DNA of 64,000 nt from Octopus bimaculoides (GCF_001194135.2 NC_068990.1:13942729-14006728); one strand, 5' to 3'; counted from the stretch's first letter, positions 27,069 through 41,323 are shown. Numbers and translations are program-made. Notes: generated by a model from the letters alone, not told the origin.

Positions 27069-27819
27069 TTATTTCATTTTGTGATGAGTAACATGTCTTT
27101 CTGATTTGTTGTCTTCGCTTGATTCTAATCATGTATTTAGATGATTTGATCAGATTGTAGTTCGTTGAGAGTTTAAGCTTTCTCATACGATAGATATAAA
27201 ATAAAATGAAACTGGTGCAAAGAAAGTAGCAATCCTATACGTGAAAGTATATTTTAGTTGATATAAAAGTTGGGGCTAGTCTGAATCAGCCGGTCAAATT
27301 CTCTTTCTGAAAATCCTAGTTTATCCAAATTCTACTTTAAACATTTGCTTACAAAACCTAGTGCTCCAATCATTATTGGTATGAATATGAATTCATAATC
27401 TGGATATGAAAGCTGGAGGTTTCGAAGCAGTTGTCCATAGATATCCTCTTTTTCTTTGATTTTCAAAGAGATATTCATATCTGCGGGGCAGCTAACCTCT
27501 ATGATGGTACATACCTTTACCCCTTTGTCCCAAACAAAAATATCCGGCCTATTATGCTTACATTTGACAGTAGTCTTGATGGGAATATTCTACCAATATT
27601 CCTAGAGTTGGTGTTTATGAATGTATTCCATAACAGAGGGATTTTCTAAGTTTATTTATATATATATTTATTTATTTATTTATTTTTTGTATGCTGACTA
27701 CTTTCCATCCAGGTCCTCTCTTAGGTAAGAGACTCCAACTGTTTGGGGGCTGTTTAAGAGATCATCAGGAAGAGTATTATGTATTATGTATGTATGTATA
27801 TATGTACCCGTGCAGATTT

Positions 27820-27931
27820 GAATGTTTTGTTTTATGTATGTACACACATACACACACACATATATACATACAAAAATACCCTGTTGTTGATATTGAAGTT
27901 CCAATGAAGGAGCCTTGGATCTAGGTTAGAA

Positions 27932-28029
<98 letters not shown>

Positions 28030-28191
28030 CCTCTCTTTCTCTCCCTCTCTCTCTCCTCCTCTCTCTCTCTCTATCCGAAGGCAAGAAAGCTTGAAATAAA
28101 ACTGAATAATGACATACATACATGCATGCATGCACGTACGTACGTACATACGTACATGCACACACTCACACATACATACATATACACACAT

Positions 28192-28224
<33 letters not shown>

Positions 28225-28250
28225 TACATACATACATGCATGCATTCATG

Positions 28251-28302
<52 letters not shown>

Positions 28303-28330
28303 CACACACACATACACACACACACACTTT
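27820..28330. repeat. Compound microsatellite block (CT)n, (ACAT)n, (CA)n
   Basis: Directly visible. Similar compound blocks lie at 1-230, 14617-14712, 17660-17980, 23300-23490, 24255-24400 and 33355-33560. Confidence 0.95.
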
Positions 28331-28403
28331 GCACTTCTGCAGAAAATGTGTGACACAAACGAAACGAAATAGCTGCACGCAAAGCTGAAAGAAAAATAAA
28401 GAT

Positions 28404-28848
28404 AGCCGCAGGTATAGCCGTGTGGTAAGAAGCTTGCTGCCCAGCCACATGGTTCCGGGTTCAGTCCCACTGCGCTNNNNNNNNNNNNNNNNNNNNNNNN
28501 NNNNNNNNNNNNNNNNNNNNNNNNNNNNNNNNNNNNNNNNNNNNNNNNNNNNNNNNACATACATACATGCATGCATGCACGTACGTACGTACATACGTAC
28601 ATGCACACACTCACACATACATACATATATATATATTGATGAGTGTGTGAGTGTGTGTGTATTTGTGCGTCTATCTTTGTCCCCCACCCCACCATCGGTT
28701 GTAACCTAGCTGTTCGGCAAAAGAAACCGATAGAATTAGTAATATGCTTGTAAAGAATAAGTCCTGGAGTAGATTTGTTCGACTGAAGGCGGTGCTCCAG
28801 CATGGCCGCAGTCAAATGATTGAAACAAGTAAAAGAATAAAAGAATAC
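28404..28848 (+). mobile_element. SINE family B interrupted by a gap
   Basis: Head before the Ns and tail after them. Confidence 0.75.
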
Positions 28849-29753
28849 GTCATTGAAAAAAAAATTCTATCCGCGATGTCTGCAATTTGATATCACTTTA
28901 CAAGGGAAACAATTCATAAAGATTTGCAAATAAATACAAGGGAAAGAAATCCTTATTCTTTCTCAAAAATGTAACAGTTACGTTAGAGTTATGTCCCTTG
29001 GGCAAATAAACTTTCTTAAATTTCAACAGGATATTGGAAAACAAGAGAAAGTATTTTCCTACTATTGGTGCTGAAACAAAGTGTGTGAAAGATTAGATTA
29101 TGGTAGGAAACACTGGTATATTGTTTTATAAACTAAATTCGATGTTGAAGTTTCTTTAAAACAAGTTAGCCTGTTGTCTAGATTGCATTAAAATGTGTAA
29201 GCGCAATATTTGTAACTGCGTCGGTTTATTTCTTGATTAAGAAAATTTGATGTGCTTTGGTACATTTCAAACATCATGTCGACACTGTGGATATTAAGTC
29301 AGTACACTTATTTATACGGACTTAATAGCCACAATGAGGAAGTCTCGGAATTATGTAACCATTTCAATGAAATCGGACAATTTTTTTTTTTAACTGACAG
29401 AATTTTATGTTTATTATTTAATTATGAAACAAAAATAAATATATTTGTAAATCTTACGTCAAATCTCTATTGAAAGTTCTTAACATGCGCTCATTCTGTA
29501 TCCCTGCAAATTTTAAATCTACCCTTAGCGTTACACATTTGAAGCATTTCCGGAGTTATTTCCTGCACTGCAAACGGAACCCGTTCTTTAAGTTCAGCTA
29601 AACAATTGCTCCATTCTGGGCACTGAGGTAGAGGAAATGATTGCAGCTAAATTGAAAAAAAAATGCTATCGGGTACAGATAAGCGAGATCCAACAGGAAT
29701 GAAAATAAAATTATAGAAAAAAAAAAGGAATATTACAAAAATTGTAAATGTTT

Positions 29754-29920
29754 TGCATGTGGCTGTGTGGTAAGTAGCTTTCTTAAGAACCACATGGTTC
29801 CGGGTTCAGTCCCACTGCGTGGCACCTTGGGCAAGTGTCTTCTACTATAACCTCGGGCCGACCAAGGCCTTGTGAGTGGATTTGGTAGACGGAAACTGAA
29901 AGAAGCTCGTCGTATATATG

Positions 29921-29970
<50 letters not shown>

Positions 29971-30199
29971 TGTGTGTGTGTATATGTGCGTGTGTGTGTG
30001 TGTTTCCTCCCCACATCGCTTAACAACCGATGCTGTTGTGTTTATGTCCCCGTAACTTAGTGGTTCGGCACAAGAGACGGATAGAATAAGTACTAGGCTT
30101 ACAAAGAATAAGTCCTGGGATCGATTTGCTCGACTAAAGGCGGTGCTCCAACATGGCCACAGTCAAATGACTAATACAAGTAAAAAAGAGTAAAAAAGA
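29754..30199 (+). mobile_element. SINE family B, near full length
   Basis: Head, body, (TA)(TG)n and tail all present. Confidence 0.9.
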
Positions 30200-30858
30200 A
30201 AAAGGAGTATGCAAGTGCTACCAGTCAAAAGCACCACATACCAGAAGCCAGCAAGTGTATGGGGTCATTAGGAGAGAATGTGCGCTGTTTCAGTGATTAC
30301 CACTCGACGGCATCAGTACACACCGGCGCTCCTCATGATATGAGGCCCCGCTTGCTAGATCAACTGGTTATTAAAAACAAAGCTCAATATTCTTCTAGCC
30401 ATCGTTCTTCGTCACTTTTTGACCAAATCCAGTGACTAGCCTTTTCTGCTGTAGTTTGGATATCAGTCCAACAAAAATCCTCTACATGCGACTTCAGATT
30501 TTATACACTTTTATTAAAATTGGCAATAATATTGAAATTTCTGCCAGCTAACACAGCATCGGACAACCCGACGGTGGCTTGCTGGCCATAAATTCAAAAT
30601 TAGCCAATACTTTACTTGTTAGAGTAAAAGAAATTTGTACGTTACCAAAGATGGTCAGTATTGCTTCAGCTTGAAGAAAGATTGATTTTATTATAACACA
30701 AACACGCAGCCGAAATTGCAAGGATAATCCGGATCTCGACTGAGGAAAGAAAACTCCGAATGACCTGTCCTTGGTTCCTTGTATCGTCTATCTGGATGTT
30801 TTGTCCCTTTCTTGTATCACCTAACTGTCTGGATGTTTTGCGTTCTTGTCGCATTCTG

Positions 30859-30890
<32 letters not shown>

Positions 30891-31490
30891 NNNNNNNNNN
30901 NNNNNNNNNNNNNNNNNNNNNNNNNNNNNNNNNNNNNNNNNNNNNNNNNNNNNNNNNNNNNNNNNNNNNNNNNNNNNNNNNNNNNNNNNNNNNNNNNNNN
31001 NNNNNNNNNNNNNNNNNNNNNNNNNNNNNNNNNNNNNNNNNNNNNNNNNNNNNNNNNNNNNNNNNNNNNNNNNNNNNNNNNNNNNNNNNNNNNNNNNNNN
31101 NNNNNNNNNNNNNNNNNNNNNNNNNNNNNNNNNNNNNNNNNNNNNNNNNNNNNNNNNNNNNNNNNNNNNNNNNNNNNNNNNNNNNNNNNNNNNNNNNNNN
31201 NNNNNNNNNNNNNNNNNNNNNNNNNNNNNNNNNNNNNNNNNNNNNNNNNNNNNNNNNNNNNNNNNNNNNNNNNNNNNNNNNNNNNNNNNNNNNNNNNNNN
31301 NNNNNNNNNNNNNNNNNNNNNNNNNNNNNNNNNNNNNNNNNNNNNNNNNNNNNNNNNNNNNNNNNNNNNNNNNNNNNNNNNNNNNNNNNNNNNNNNNNNN
31401 NNNNNNNNNNNNNNNNNNNNNNNNNNNNNNNNNNNNNNNNNNNNNNNNNNNNNNNNNNNNNNNNNNNNNNNNNNNNNNNNNNNNNNNNNN

Positions 31491-31525
<35 letters not shown>

Positions 31526-32448
31526 CTTCTTCATATGATTTTCACCTACACCTGCCCTCTAAATCTTTCATCCTGCCTCAACCTAATAATATTCAGTGTG
31601 AACGTCTCTTTCAGTTTTTGTTTTTTACATGTTTCAGTTCTTCGCTCGTTATAGATTTGCTCATTATAGTGTAATCTTCAATTGCCCTTGGACGTTAGGT
31701 GTGACTCGGCAAGTAACTGCAGCAAACATGCAGATTAAAAGAAAATATCAAGAACAACACCAACAACAACAATAATAATAATAATAATAATAACAATAAT
31801 AATGACGATGATGATGATGATTTCTTTATTGGCCACAAAGGGTTTACATCAAGAAAGACTTTAATAGATGGCACATGACAAAATATTGGATGTGTGTTGT
31901 TGTTGCTGTTGTTGTGAGAGTTTTGCGATCTTATGAATTAACATGCTATTACACTTTTGCTGTGGTCTGGTTAAAGCACTAAAACCATCTGACGTTACCT
32001 AACATCGGCAGAACAATTAACAAGGACCGAACGTTGAGCTATGCGGAAGTTAATTGTTAGATTAAGAGCTTAACGGTCCCGAGATTAAATCAAATTACAC
32101 CAGGAAAAAGAATCTACTATAATAAAATTTACACTTAATTTAGACAAACAAACAGAAAGATTAATTGTATTTTCTTTCATTCAAGCCTTCTTAAAACATA
32201 CATAAACAATGTGGGTGGGGCTAGTTAATTAATTGCATGCATTAGCATAAAGTTTGGCTGAGTATAAAATTACTGAAAATGAAGCGATGGAAAATTTCTG
32301 ACATGTTGTTTATCAAGTAATAGAAAAAAAATCTTGATTCCTTTTAACCTGCTATTATTGGCTGTTAAGATGTAGACAAAATGTCTGTTAGTTTAATAAT
32401 TATCTGACAAGTTAAATATCAAGTTTTAAAAGAATGTGACTGTGTGTG

Positions 32449-32485
<37 letters not shown>

Positions 32486-33361
32486 GTGTGTGGCTAACGG
32501 TTGTAGGATGGAAAACAGAGAAAGAAAAAGGCGGGAAAAGTTCTGAAAGTTTAAAATGTTAAAAAGAAATGGGTTAGTAAACATTTCTTGGGAGAACGAA
32601 TAAAATGTATAGAATACATGGTATGAATAAACCGAAACACACCACCACCACCACTGCCGCTGCCACCTGACACACTGGTTAAAGAGGAATTTCCTTTGCG
32701 GTTACTCACACTGTTAGATATAGAACCCAGATATTCCTCAAATCTACCCTACAGCCTCAAAAAAGAAACGATATATGGATAATGTAGCTCCAGACACTAG
32801 TAAGCTCAAATATAGTTTGGATTGTCATTGATTGAACATTTTTGATCATAGATTAGCTTAACTAGGTTTGGCCCTGGTTTCGTCTGGGTTTAAAAATCAC
32901 CAACACCTATTTGGTTACGTGACTTGCTAAAAAAAAAAAAAAACAGCTAAATTTACCTGATATCACAAAAGGCATTTTCTCCGACGCTCAACTAATCTAC
33001 TGCTCTCTATGCAGTTTAAAATAATATTAATTCATTAAACACAGTTTCTCACTTAGTTACAATGTACAAGGAAAGGAAACGGGATTTTGTGATGTGTTTC
33101 TGAAGATCGAGGATGAAGTAAATTAGCACAAATTGAGCACAGAAATTAATTGGGTCATAGATTATTATAATATATTGGGTTTGTCTTGAATTAGTATAAT
33201 GAAACTATAGGAAGTTGTAACAAGCATGACGTATTCAAAGCTTTTAAAGATTTCGTATATTGACTAGTCAGTAAAGAAAAGTCTTGTAGTCTGCAAATTG
33301 GTATATTTGCAGATTCTAAGAGTAATAATCAAACAAAAGACCAATCTGTCTCTCTGTATGC

Positions 33362-33424
<63 letters not shown>

Positions 33425-33513
33425 TATATATGCATGTATGTATGTATGTATGTATGTATGTATGTATGTATAGGTGATGTGTGTATATGTGTATATAATT
33501 GTGTTGTGTGCGT

Positions 33514-33556
<43 letters not shown>

Positions 33557-34023
33557 GTGTGAGCTAATAAACAGAAACCTTTTAGTTCCTAAATTTCAGC
33601 CAAATAGTTTAAAGGAGTCGCTTGAAATGGCCGTAAGGAACTGACACCTGTACCTATTTGTTACTCATTTATACTTTATTCACCTATATGTGTGTGTATG
33701 TATGTATGTATGTATGTATGCATGAACTATTATAGTTCATAAATTTGACAGGAAAAGGGAGACTGATTCGCTGGTTTAAAGGAAACACACTTAGTTGCTT
33801 TAACAAAGGGATGTGGGTTTGACTCCCGCGTGGATTGGAAAACCTTCTTTTTCTGTCGAGGGCTTAATTGCCCCTTTATTAGACTATTGTCCTTATTCAT
33901 TGCACGGAGATCTCCATAAGCTTTAAGCTTATATATAATACTATTATTATTATTGACAGGATTGCAAAAACAGCGCCGTATAAAGAAAACACTTGCACAC
34001 ACACGCGCGCACATACACACGTG

Positions 34024-34087
<64 letters not shown>

Positions 34088-34999
34088 CGTGTGTATGTGC
34101 GCGTCTGTTGTACCTGTATTTCAAAGGACCAGCTTTGTCACACTCCGTGTCACGCTGAATCTCCCCGAGAACTACGCGTATACGTGTCTGTGGCGTGGTT
34201 AGCCACTTGCACGTTAATTTCACGAGCAGGCTTTTACGGCGACGAAGGTTCCAGTTAATCCGATCAACGGAAAAGCCTGNNNNNNNNNNNNNNNNNNNNN
34301 NNNNNNNNNNNNNNNNNNNNNNNNNNNNNNNNNNNNNNNNNNNNNNNNNNNNNNNNNNNNNNNNNNNNNNNNNNNNNNNNNNNNNNNNNNNNNNNNNNNN
34401 NNNNNNNNNNNNNNNNNNNNNNNNNNNNNNNNNNNNNNNNNNNNNNNNNNNNNNNNNNNNNNNNNNNNNNNNNNNNNNNNNNNNNNNNNNNNNNNNNNNN
34501 NNNNNNNNNNNNNNNNNNNNNNNNNNNNNNNNNNNNNNNNNNNNNNNNNGGAGCATTAAGTGTTTTCGCTCAATAAACACTCACAACGCCCGGTCTGGGA
34601 ATCAAAACCACGAGTCCGCTGCCTTAACCACTGGGCCATTGCGCCTCCACTAGAAACACTCCGTCGGTTACGACGACGAGGGTCCCGGCTGATATGATCA
34701 GGGGAACAGCTTGCTCGTGAAATTAATTCGCAAGTAGCTGAGCAATCTACAGGCAGTAGTTCTCAGGGAGATTGAGCGTGAAGTACAGGTTCTACTCATT
34801 TTTGCCAGCTGAGTGGATTGGAGCAACGTGAAATAAAGTGTCTTGCGCCGGGAATTGAACTCACGACCTTACAATCAATCGTGAGTCGAATGCCGTAACC
34901 ACTAAGCCACGCGCCTTCACTATATATATAGTTGGAATTTACAAAAAACAAAAGACGAAGACATGTGTGTAAACAATTAACAGGTATATTAGTTTAACG

Positions 35000-35230
35000 A
35001 TCGGGAAGATGAGAAAGTCTTTTACGTTTCGAACCTATGCTCTTCGACAGAAAGGGATACGAGAAAATAAAGAGGGAATAAAAAAAGAAAGCGTTAGTAG
35101 CTAGCGGTCAATCATGGCGATAGCCGGACATAGGTGGTCAGACAAGAGAGCTAGGAAGAAGGGGATATAATAAAGTAGTGGTGATCCCAAAATGAAAGTG
35201 CGCGTGCTTATGAATGTAAGAGCGTGTGTG
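35000..35230 (-). mobile_element. Penelope-like element terminal remnant carrying a hammerhead-like motif
   Basis: Minus strand CTTT-CTGTCGA-A-GAGC-ATAG-GTTC-GAAACGTA-AAAG, preceded by pyrimidine-rich sequence. Confidence 0.55.
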
Positions 35231-35326
35231 TGTGTGCGTGTGAATAGGGGCTGATATGTATATATATATATATATATTTATTTATTTATGTGTTTCAGCC
35301 AAGTGGCTGCGGTCATGCTGGTGCAC

Positions 35327-35361
<35 letters not shown>

Positions 35362-36364
35362 ATATACATATAAATTTCACCAAATCCAGTCAAGAGAGGT
35401 TTTACTAAATTGTTGACAGAAAATTTTTAAAAAAATAGAAACAATAAATGAACTAAANNNNNNNNNNNNNNNNNNNNNNNNNNNNNNNNNNNNNNNNNNN
35501 NNNNNNNNNNNNNNNNNNNNNNNNNNNNNNNNNNNNNNNNNNNNNNNNNNNNNNNNNNNNNNNNNNNNNNNNNNNNNNNNNNNNNNNNNNNNNNNNNNNN
35601 NNNNNNNNNNNNNNNNNNNNNNNNNNNNNNNNNNNNNNNNNNNNNNNNNNNNNNNNNNNNNNNNNNNNNNNNNNNNNNNNNNNNNNNNNNNNNNNNNNNN
35701 NNNNNNNNNNNNNNNNNNNNNNNNNNNNNNNNNNNNNNNNNNNNNNNNNNNNNNNNNNNNNNNNNNNNNNNNNNNNNNNNNNNNNNNNNNNNNNNNNNNN
35801 NNNNNNNNNNNNNNNNNNNNNNNNNNNNNNNNNNNNNNNNNNNNNNNNNNNNNNNNNNNNNNNNNNNNNNNNNNNNNNNNNNNNNNNNNNNNNNNNNNNN
35901 NNNNNNNNNNNNNNNNNNNNNNNNNNNNNNNNNNNNNNNNNNNNNNNNNNNNNNNNNNNNNNNNNNNNNNNNNNNNNNNNNNNNNNNNNNNNNNNNNNNN
36001 NNNNNNNNNNNNNNNNNNNNNNNNNNNNNNNNNNNNNNNNNNNNNNNNNNNNNNNNNNNNNNNNNNNNNNNNNNNNNNNNNNNNNNNNNNNNNNNNNNNN
36101 NNNNNNNNNNNNNNNNNNNNNNNNNNNNNNNNNNNNNNNNNNNNNNNNNNNNNNNNNNNNNNNNNNNNNNNNNNNNNNNNNNNNNNNNNNNNNNNNNNNN
36201 NNNNNNNNNNNNNNNNNNNNNNNNNNNNNNNNNNNNNNNNNNNNNNNNNNNNNNNNNNNNNNNNNNNNNNNNNNNNNNNNAAACCTGTGAAGAGGGACGC
36301 GTTTTTCGAAATTCTTGTCGCTTTTTTTTCTTTACTTCTATCATGTTTTGTTTTTCTTTAAGAC

Positions 36365-36575
36365 AGCGTGTTAGCAGAACCGCTAGTAAGTCGGACTAAA
36401 TGCTTAACGGTTTTTCCTCCGGCTCTTCAAGTTCTAGTTTTAAATTTAACTGAGGTCAACTTTTACCTTTCAGGGTTGATAGAATAAGTACTTAGTTGAG
36501 CCCTGGAATCGTTATAATCTATTAGCCCCTTCCTCTAAAATTTCAGGCGTTGTACCAAGAGAAGAAAGAATTATT
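36365..36575 (+). mobile_element. SINE family A, old monomer
   Basis: Diverged head, core and tail. Confidence 0.7.
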
Positions 36576-37239
36576 ATTATTAATATGGCGGCGACGTAGC
36601 TTCATCGTTGGTATGCCAGACCTTTTCAAGCGGCTCCATTTAATTGAACAATGCAATCATTACGTCAATTCAAATGCAATGCCATCTTCAGCTGCACAAA
36701 TAAATAAATGGAATTTTAACAAGTAGGACACATTAATATAATTTTTCTCAAATATTTTAACAGAGCAAGAAGATAGAAATTCATGTTGTTGCTATTGTAG
36801 CTAAGAATAGACTACAACGTCTAAGAATTGTATGGAGCATAGTGGGGTCATAGGTTGTAAGGGATTGTAATTCATTTCTAATTTATTTATCTCTTTATCA
36901 AATACTAAATTTAAGACTAGAAGTCTGTGTCTATTTTGAATAAAGGACACGAGTGAGTTGACAGCTCATGGTTAGCTATGTTCATAAATATTATCATATG
37001 TATCTCTTTCCCCCAGGGAGGAAATAAGACATTAGGAGTAGTCAGTTGGATATAAGTAAATGTCTATAAAAAGAGGCAGGATAGGGGTAGACTTTAAATC
37101 ATGATATAAATTACCAGTTAAAGGTGCAAGACGCTAAAAATCCTAAGATGCCACCCCTAATGGGACACAGTCAATTTTCTTCATTTAAAATGGTTTGAGA
37201 TGGGACAAATCAGGGTTACAGCGTGAGGAGTAGGATGGA

Positions 37240-38194
37240 AAAAAGAAAGAGTACACTTGGCCAGAAGCGACTATCTTTTATAACAAATATATGGGTGGAG
37301 TAGATCGCTCTGATCAAATGGTAACACTGTATGAATTGGATAAAAAAAGTAGAAAATGGTGGACAAAAGTGTTCTTCAGGCTTCTGATGACAGCTACTTA
37401 TAACAACTATGTTATTCACTCTGAAATTCATCATATGAGACCACCATTTATAAATTTCTTAGTAAATGTAGCTGAACGTTTGATCGAGGCAGGAAGGTCG
37501 AATTGTCTACAAAGGAGAATGAGATCTTTCAGGCGGCCTTTTAAGACTTCAAAGTTGATTTCGAGTGTAGGTGATCATATGCCAGTAAAACAAGAGTCGC
37601 AGAAGATGTACTTCGAGGAACAAAAATAGGAGGACCCAATACATTTGCCAGAAATGCAACATTCCTTTATGCATTGGTGAATGTTTTACAGTATATCACA
37701 CATAGCATGTATTTATAAATCATGGTTGTTCTCGTAAATATTGAGAAAAGAAATATATTCATTAGTTAGTATGATATAAGAGAAAAAAACTATATAATTA
37801 CATAATAATTATATGAGGAAAGAAGTTTATTTATCATTTCATAAGTATTATATGGAAGGGGTCGTTATATATATTATTTTATAAGTGTTATTTGAAAAAA
37901 TTATTGTAATTTATAATAGATATTATATGAGAAAGCAATTAGACCTTCATTTTGCGTTTGAAAAAAAACTAAGATTTATTTCATTTCCGTAATTTTCAGA
38001 ACTTGTTCAACATGCATGTAAAATACTGTTGAGAGAGGATAGTCCCAAGTAAAACTAGTGGGACATTTTTGTCCCACGTTCTAAAATCATATGTAGCGAT
38101 AAAATAAAAGTTTAGATTTTAATTACGGTAGATAATGAAGGTCTAAAGAAGCGGAAAATGTGGGGGGGGACTGATTGTGCAAAAGTCGGAAGGG
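37240..38194 (+). mobile_element. piggyBac transposon 3' remnant (transposase C-terminus, Cys-rich domain, right end)
   Basis: Reads YNKYMGGVDRSDQ...SRKWWTKVFFRLL. After a frameshift it reads RRTQYICQKCNIPLCIGECFTVYHT*. Right end is ...AAGTCGGAAGGG followed by TTAA (38195-38198). The left end was not found. Confidence 0.85.
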
Positions 38195-38444
38195 TTAAAC
38201 AAGACTCAATTGAGGCTAATGAACAATGCATCATCCTCATCATCAGTTTAATATTCAATTCTCCATTTATTTATACAGAAGGATGCTGTTCTTGTAGCCA
38301 ACTGTTTCCAAACAAGGTAATATTTTCTCATCGCTGGGGAGGTTTCCATGAAAGACTAAGAACATGGGACACTGCTTGTGTAATGAGGATGTTCGTTTAT
38401 AACTATCACATAATGTCAACACAAGACACACACAACATATTTAA

Positions 38445-38715
38445 TGAAGGAGCATGGCCCAGTGGTTAGGGTTGGCACTCACGATTGCGAGATCGTGATT
38501 TCGATTCTGAGTCCGGACAGTGCGCTGTGCTCTTGAGCAAAACACTTCATTTCACATTGCTCAGCGATCATTTTGACCTCCGACGTGTGGCGCACTTCTG
38601 CACCTGTACAGGTAATGGCACTTTGATGGAGTGAGTAAGCAAATGTGCAGCAGAAACATATGATCATTATAAACAAATCATCTGTGGTTGTTCAACAAGA
38701 AATTGCAAAGCCTTC
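38445..38715 (+). mobile_element. tRNA-headed SINE (CTTGAGCAAAACACTTCATTTCA box)
   Basis: A/B-box-like head. A homologue lies at 56135-56405, and head remnants at about 16200-16290 and 52340-52450. Confidence 0.7.
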
Positions 38716-39679
38716 ATCTGTTGTTTAATGACGGGAGAGTCCATTATACACATAATTTATCGAACGCAGCTCTACATCGTTAACCAGCTAAAGATGTTCT
38801 CTTGGGGTTAAAAAAAAATCGCAGCAGATTCCCTTCGAACGAGCAGCCATGTTGAAGTGGCTACGAATATTACTTGTCAGTACAACTGCTGCGTTGATCT
38901 CTTAGATTTTAGAACTAGCATATTTGCTTGTTGCAAAATCAGCGATTAGTTGTTCGCTTGAAATATATACAGTACTTGTGTATATAAGATTGACCAGTGA
39001 CCGGTCTGTCAAAATGCTAGAAGCTCACTTAAAAATTCTCAAATACGGATTCAGCGGAGCAAAAACAGGCGGGCTAGACCAGTGAAAATTGTACATACCT
39101 CGATTTTGAAACTATAGTCTGCAGATAATCAATACTTCCAAATTAAAGTATCTATTTATCTTCAGTACAGATTGCAGATATTCTTACAATTGAACAGAAT
39201 CTCGTGCTAGTTGTCTTCAACTAGTGAAAACGTGCACGTGATTCTATCCATTAAATTGATATTAATATATTTATATATATATATATATTGCGAGCTACTG
39301 CCATCTCTAGCAAACTCGATTTTTGTTGTTTTTTTGAAGAATATTAAGCGGAATTTCTTTGTGCGAAGCCACCATCGTTGGGTGGAGGTGAATAATGGAA
39401 GGAAGGAAGAAGTTACGCGGAAGCTACTGGAGGTCGAGATGCCATAGACCCACGTGTGCTGAAGCTGAAGAGGATGAAGTGGAATGAGGAGAGGATAGCA
39501 GTAGAACTCTGATGGTGGTTTCAGAGCAACAAAATAGTGAAGGTTGGACTATCATTGGGTGGTTCAATTCCTTGAGAGAGAAGAGGGAGTGAACCTTAGT
39601 GAATTTGGTACCCTAAACAAGGGTGGTTCAACTCTGGTACCAGTAATTTGATAGGAACCAAACTGAACTGAAATTTATA

Positions 39680-40020
39680 GGTGCAGGTGTGGCTATGTGG
39701 CAAGAGGTTTGCTTCCCAATAACATGGTTTTCGGTTAAGTCCCACTGTGTGGCACCTTGGGCAAATGTCCTCTACTATAGCCATGGGCCGACCATAGCCT
39801 CGTAAGTAGATTTAGTAAAGAGAAACTGAAAGAAGCTCCTCATATATATATATATATATGTTTGTGTGTATGTGTGTTTGCCTTCCACCACTGTTCGATA
39901 AACCAGTGTTGGTCTGTCCCTGCGGCTTAATGGTTCAGCAAGAGACCAGTAACTTAGACTAAACTCTTCAAGATGGTGCCCTAGCAGCCCAATGACTGAA
40001 ACAAGTATAAAATAAAGATA
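39680..40020 (+). mobile_element. SINE family B, older copy
   Basis: Diverged, with a shortened 3' half. Confidence 0.75.
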
Positions 40021-40107
40021 CCCTTAACCTACAAATCTGTGGCCTTGAGAGAGAAAGAGAGAGAGAGGCACACACACACATGTACACAACAACACTACAA
40101 ATGTATT

Positions 40108-40800
40108 CATATATGTTGTTGTTGTTGGCACTCCGTCGCTTACGACGTCGAGGGTTCCAGTTGATCCGATCAACGGAACAGCCTGCTCGTGAAATTAACG
40201 TGCAGGTGGCTGAGCACTCCACAGACACGTGTACCCTTAACGTAGTTCTTGGGGATATTCAGCATGACACAGTGTGACAAGGCTGACCCTTTGAATTACA
40301 AGAACAACAGAAACAGGAAGTAAGAGTGAGAGAAAGTTTTGGTGGAAGAGTACAGCAGGGTTCGCCACCATCCCCTGCCAGAGCCTCGTGGAACTTTTAG
40401 GTGTTTTCGCTCAATAAACACTCACAACGCCCGGTCTGGGAATTGAANNNNNNNNNNTTGATCCGATCAACGGAACAGCCTGCTCGTGAAATTAACGTGC
40501 AGGTGGCTGAGCACTCCACAGACACGTGTACCCTTAACGTAGTTCTTGGGGATATTCAGCATGACACAGTGTGACAAGGCTGACCCTTTGAATTACAAGA
40601 ACAACAGAAACAGGAAGTAAGAGTGAGAGAAAGTTTTGGTGGAAGAGTACAGCAGGGTTCGCCACCATCCCCTGCCAGAGCCTCGTGGAACTTTTAGGTG
40701 TTTTCGCTCAATAAACACTCACAACGCCCGGTCTGGGAATTGAAACCGCGATCCTATGACTGCGAGTCCGCTACCCTAACCACTGGGCCATTGCACCTTC
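40108..40800 (-). mobile_element. SINE family C (tRNA head, CAACAAC-type tail); central 287 bp duplicated by the assembly
   Basis: Minus-strand head GAAGGTGCAATGGCCCAGTGGTTAGGG..., tail ...GACGTCGTAAGCGACGGAGTGCCAACAACAAC. Related pieces lie at 34110-34279, 34550-34920 and 25690-25790. Confidence 0.8.
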
Positions 40801-41323
40801 ACTGTATTCATATATATACATATATGAAACTGATATACAGAAGATAAATGAGACCTATTTATACACACACACATTTATACATACACACAGTGATTGGCAG
40901 TAATGAATATGAGGGTGGAATGGTTGAAGTTAATATGGTTATTTACAAAACAACAATTGGAATAATTTATACAGCTTTTCTGTATACACACATCCACCCA
41001 CACATTCACATGCAATAAAAAAAATTAAGAAAAACTAAATCCACATATTCTGACAGGTATTCACATATTTTTGATATAAGGAAAAACAAAACATGGAGTA
41101 GACTGAACCTATCTCCTATACCATTCCAGCATTCTTTGAATTCCGATTCAATGCTGTAGAGTACTGCCAGGAATTCTAAACAGAACACTTGTTAACAAAT
41201 TAAAATCATGTCTGTTATTCGGTCTTTAATTATGATTTGTTTGTGGTTGTTTTTCCTTCCATTTTTTTTATAAGTATATTTTTTAATGTACATTTTGCAA
41301 AAAAACACCAAATTGAATATCTG

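Noticed and set aside
28110-28640. Same compound microsatellite before a SINE head and again after the gap
   Set aside because: Gap-adjacent low-complexity sequence, probably a mis-join.
1289-36344. Long ORFs in the track made of X or of poly-YI/HT/CV/L/V runs
   Set aside because: They are artefacts of N gaps and microsatellites.
38840-38860. GCAGCCATGTTG / CAACATGGCTGC start-codon-like context
   Set aside because: Both strands hit a stop within about 20 codons with no convincing donor. It is kept only as part of the CpG-rich boundary observation.
40161-40744. Exact 287-bp tandem duplication (40161-40447 and 40458-40744)
   Set aside because: Identical copies separated by 10 Ns indicate an unmerged contig overlap, not biology.
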